DNA of 42,920 nt, from contig JAJQAP010000047.1 of assembly GCA_021203745.1 (NCBI GenBank), forward strand, positions 1 through 42,920, given 5' to 3'. A program made the position numbers and the translations under genes. The notes under the pieces are model-generated. The model saw nothing but the letters and a program-made list of their open reading frames with translations. It made no database searches and was not told the DNA's origin. The first letter of the stretch is position 1; each line of letters opens with the position of its first letter. Positions 41,718 to 42,920 of this stretch are shown here, one piece after another. The stretch comes from Coprobacillus sp. (GTDB taxonomy: Bacteria > Bacillota_I > Bacilli_A > RFN20 > CAG-826).

Positions 41718-42200
41718 TTAAATTTTTATCTTACCAATCATCTCAGAGAGTAAATCTAAGGAGATAATTAGGGCTTTTTGTTGTATCTCTTCTCTTGATC
41801 CTTCTAGTTGATATTTATAGACGTTAGTCTTGGAGTATGTTGAGATACCAATATAGATTAAACCAACTGGTTTACCCTCTAGTGCTTCTGGACCAGCATT
41901 ACCAGTAAAAGATACACAGTAATCGACATTTAAGAGGTTTCTTCCTCTTCTTGCCATCTCTGAAGCGCATTCTTCACTGACCACGCCAAACTCATCGATA
42001 AAATCATAAGTTAAACCAAGAAGACGGATCTTCTCTTCATTTGTGTATGTAATAAGACCACCCTTAAAGACTTTACTGGCTCCTGGAATATCGGTCATTT
42101 CGTTAGCAAAAAGACCACCGGTAAATGATTCCACACAGCCAATTGTGGCGTTATACTTCTTTGCTTTCTTCTGGAGTGGCTCCACTATTTCCTTCATCAT
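41718..42200 (-). CDS. pncC: CinA C-terminal-domain protein / nicotinamide-nucleotide amidase PncC
   Basis: 160-aa ORF with GCVESFTGGL, SFTGNAGP and VGLIYIGI, typical of the CinA/PncC domain. Only the C-terminal domain is present. Confidence 0.85.
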   Translation of the reverse strand: MMKEIVEPLQKKAKKYNATIGCVESFTGGLFANEMTDIPGASKVFKGGLITYTNEEKIRLLGLTYDFIDEFGVVSEECASEMARRGRNLLNVDYCVSFTGNAGPEALEGKPVGLIYIGISTYSKTNVYKYQLEGSREEIQQKALIISLDLLSEMIGKIKI

Positions 42201-42855
42201 GTTTATCTCCTTTCATAAATACTTGTCTATTTTGAACGATATATATAATACCTGAGATGAGACTTACCGCAGCGGCAATATAGACGATAAAGTCTGTTAT
42301 ATGTAATCCTTTTGGCCAGCCGCTATCAAAATAAGAGAAGGGCCAACCATTAAGGAGAACAAATCCGATGGCTACCATTTCTAAAACCGTCTTTGCTTTT
42401 CCCCACCAGTTAGCGGCGATAACGACGTTTTTAGAGGCGGCGATAAACCTTAAGGACTCTACAGCAATGTCTCTGGCTATAAAGATTATCACAATAAAGA
42501 CATTGATAGAGATAACCTGTACGGTGTTATAGGAAGCAAAGAGAGATGGACTAATTAAGAAGATTAGTAAGGAATCGATTAAGAGTTTATCCGCAACTGG
42601 GTCTAAAAACTTTCCTAAATCGGTAATTAAATCTCTCTTTCTTGCCATATGGCCATCGATTGTGTCTGTGATACACGCGGCAATGAAAACCACAAAAATC
42701 ACTAGAAATACAAGATCAATTTCACCATACCCTTCTTTAATTCCTGGGATGTAAGGATCCACAAAATCAGGAATAACTGATAAAACAAAAAGGGCAATTA
42801 CCATGGCGATAATGATAATAATGCGTGAGAACGTGAGTTTCGTTGGTGTGTTCAT
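42151..42855 (-). CDS. pgsA: CDP-diacylglycerol--glycerol-3-phosphate 3-phosphatidyltransferase
   Basis: 234-aa ORF with the CDP-alcohol phosphatidyltransferase motif DTIDGHMARKRDLITDLGKFLDPVADK. It has multiple TMs and a hydrophilic C-terminal tail that overlaps the pncC start by 50 nt. Confidence 0.9.
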   Translation of the reverse strand: MNTPTKLTFSRIIIIIAMVIALFVLSVIPDFVDPYIPGIKEGYGEIDLVFLVIFVVFIAACITDTIDGHMARKRDLITDLGKFLDPVADKLLIDSLLIFLISPSLFASYNTVQVISINVFIVIIFIARDIAVESLRFIAASKNVVIAANWWGKAKTVLEMVAIGFVLLNGWPFSYFDSGWPKGLHITDFIVYIAAAVSLISGIIYIVQNRQVFMKGDKHDEGNSGATPEESKEV

Positions 42856-42920
42856 AGGACTAACGTAATTGAGTATTCGATCCTGTAAGCCATGTTTTGT
42901 CTAGGATAATAATTTATCTA

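Noticed and set aside
42151-42200. The 50-nt overlap between the pgsA 3' end and the pncC start might indicate a frameshift or a fusion.
   Set aside because: Both ORFs are complete and carry all family motifs. The pgsA tail is a hydrophilic extension, and pncC may simply initiate slightly downstream. No disrupted frame is evident.
1-42920. I searched by eye for CRISPR-like regularly spaced direct repeats, rRNA genes, IS elements, integrases and transposases.
   Set aside because: I found no spaced repeat array, and no ORF with recombinase or transposase motifs (DDE, tyrosine or serine recombinase). Every long ORF is accounted for by other functions.
1-42920. Possible Mycoplasma-type genetic code (UGA read as Trp).
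   Set aside because: Long, well-conserved ORFs are uninterrupted under the standard code, and at least one ORF (the helicase) ends in TGA. Translation table 11 fits.

Overview
This is a low-GC, gene-dense bacterial chromosome segment that uses the standard genetic code: long ORFs are intact and several end in TGA. Gene content and order point to a Bacillota/Mycoplasmatota-type organism, possibly Acholeplasma- or Erysipelotrichia-like. The evidence is pgsA-cinA(pncC)-recA-rny-ymdB-miaB synteny, rpoE (RNA polymerase delta), an archaeal-type ProRS, many lipoprotein and FtsX/MacB-type ABC genes, and a strong minus-strand gene bias from about 18.9 kb onward. Most of the window is housekeeping: pduL, pepF, pgi, proS, fba, rpoE, argS, ispF, ychF, tcdA, miaA, miaB, ymdB, rny, recA, pncC and pgsA. 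There are also nine tRNA genes: a five-gene Val-Tyr-Gln-Lys-Leu operon plus four singletons. Two tRNA-adjacent, apparently AT-richer accessory cassettes stand out. The first (1904-5330, next to tRNA-Leu) is a translationally coupled trio: a MazG/PRA-PH-like NTP pyrophosphohydrolase, an 830-aa endonuclease-SF2 helicase-HTH fusion, and a methyltransferase that does not look like a DNA methyltransferase. I cannot match this trio to any named R-M or defence system, and it is my best candidate for an undescribed system. The second (14895-17058, next to tRNA-Ser) is a compact type II-like R-M pair. Other points worth a second look:
- a membrane-anchored protein with degenerate GGDEF and EAL domains, coupled to proS
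- tandem MacB-type fused ABC transporters, one of which lacks a canonical start codon (probable ATT start)
- a 37-nt motif shared by the recA and ABC-transporter upstream regions
- a tRNA-Gln that begins 1 nt after the stop codon of a NifU-like gene

I saw no CRISPR array, integrase, transposase or rRNA.
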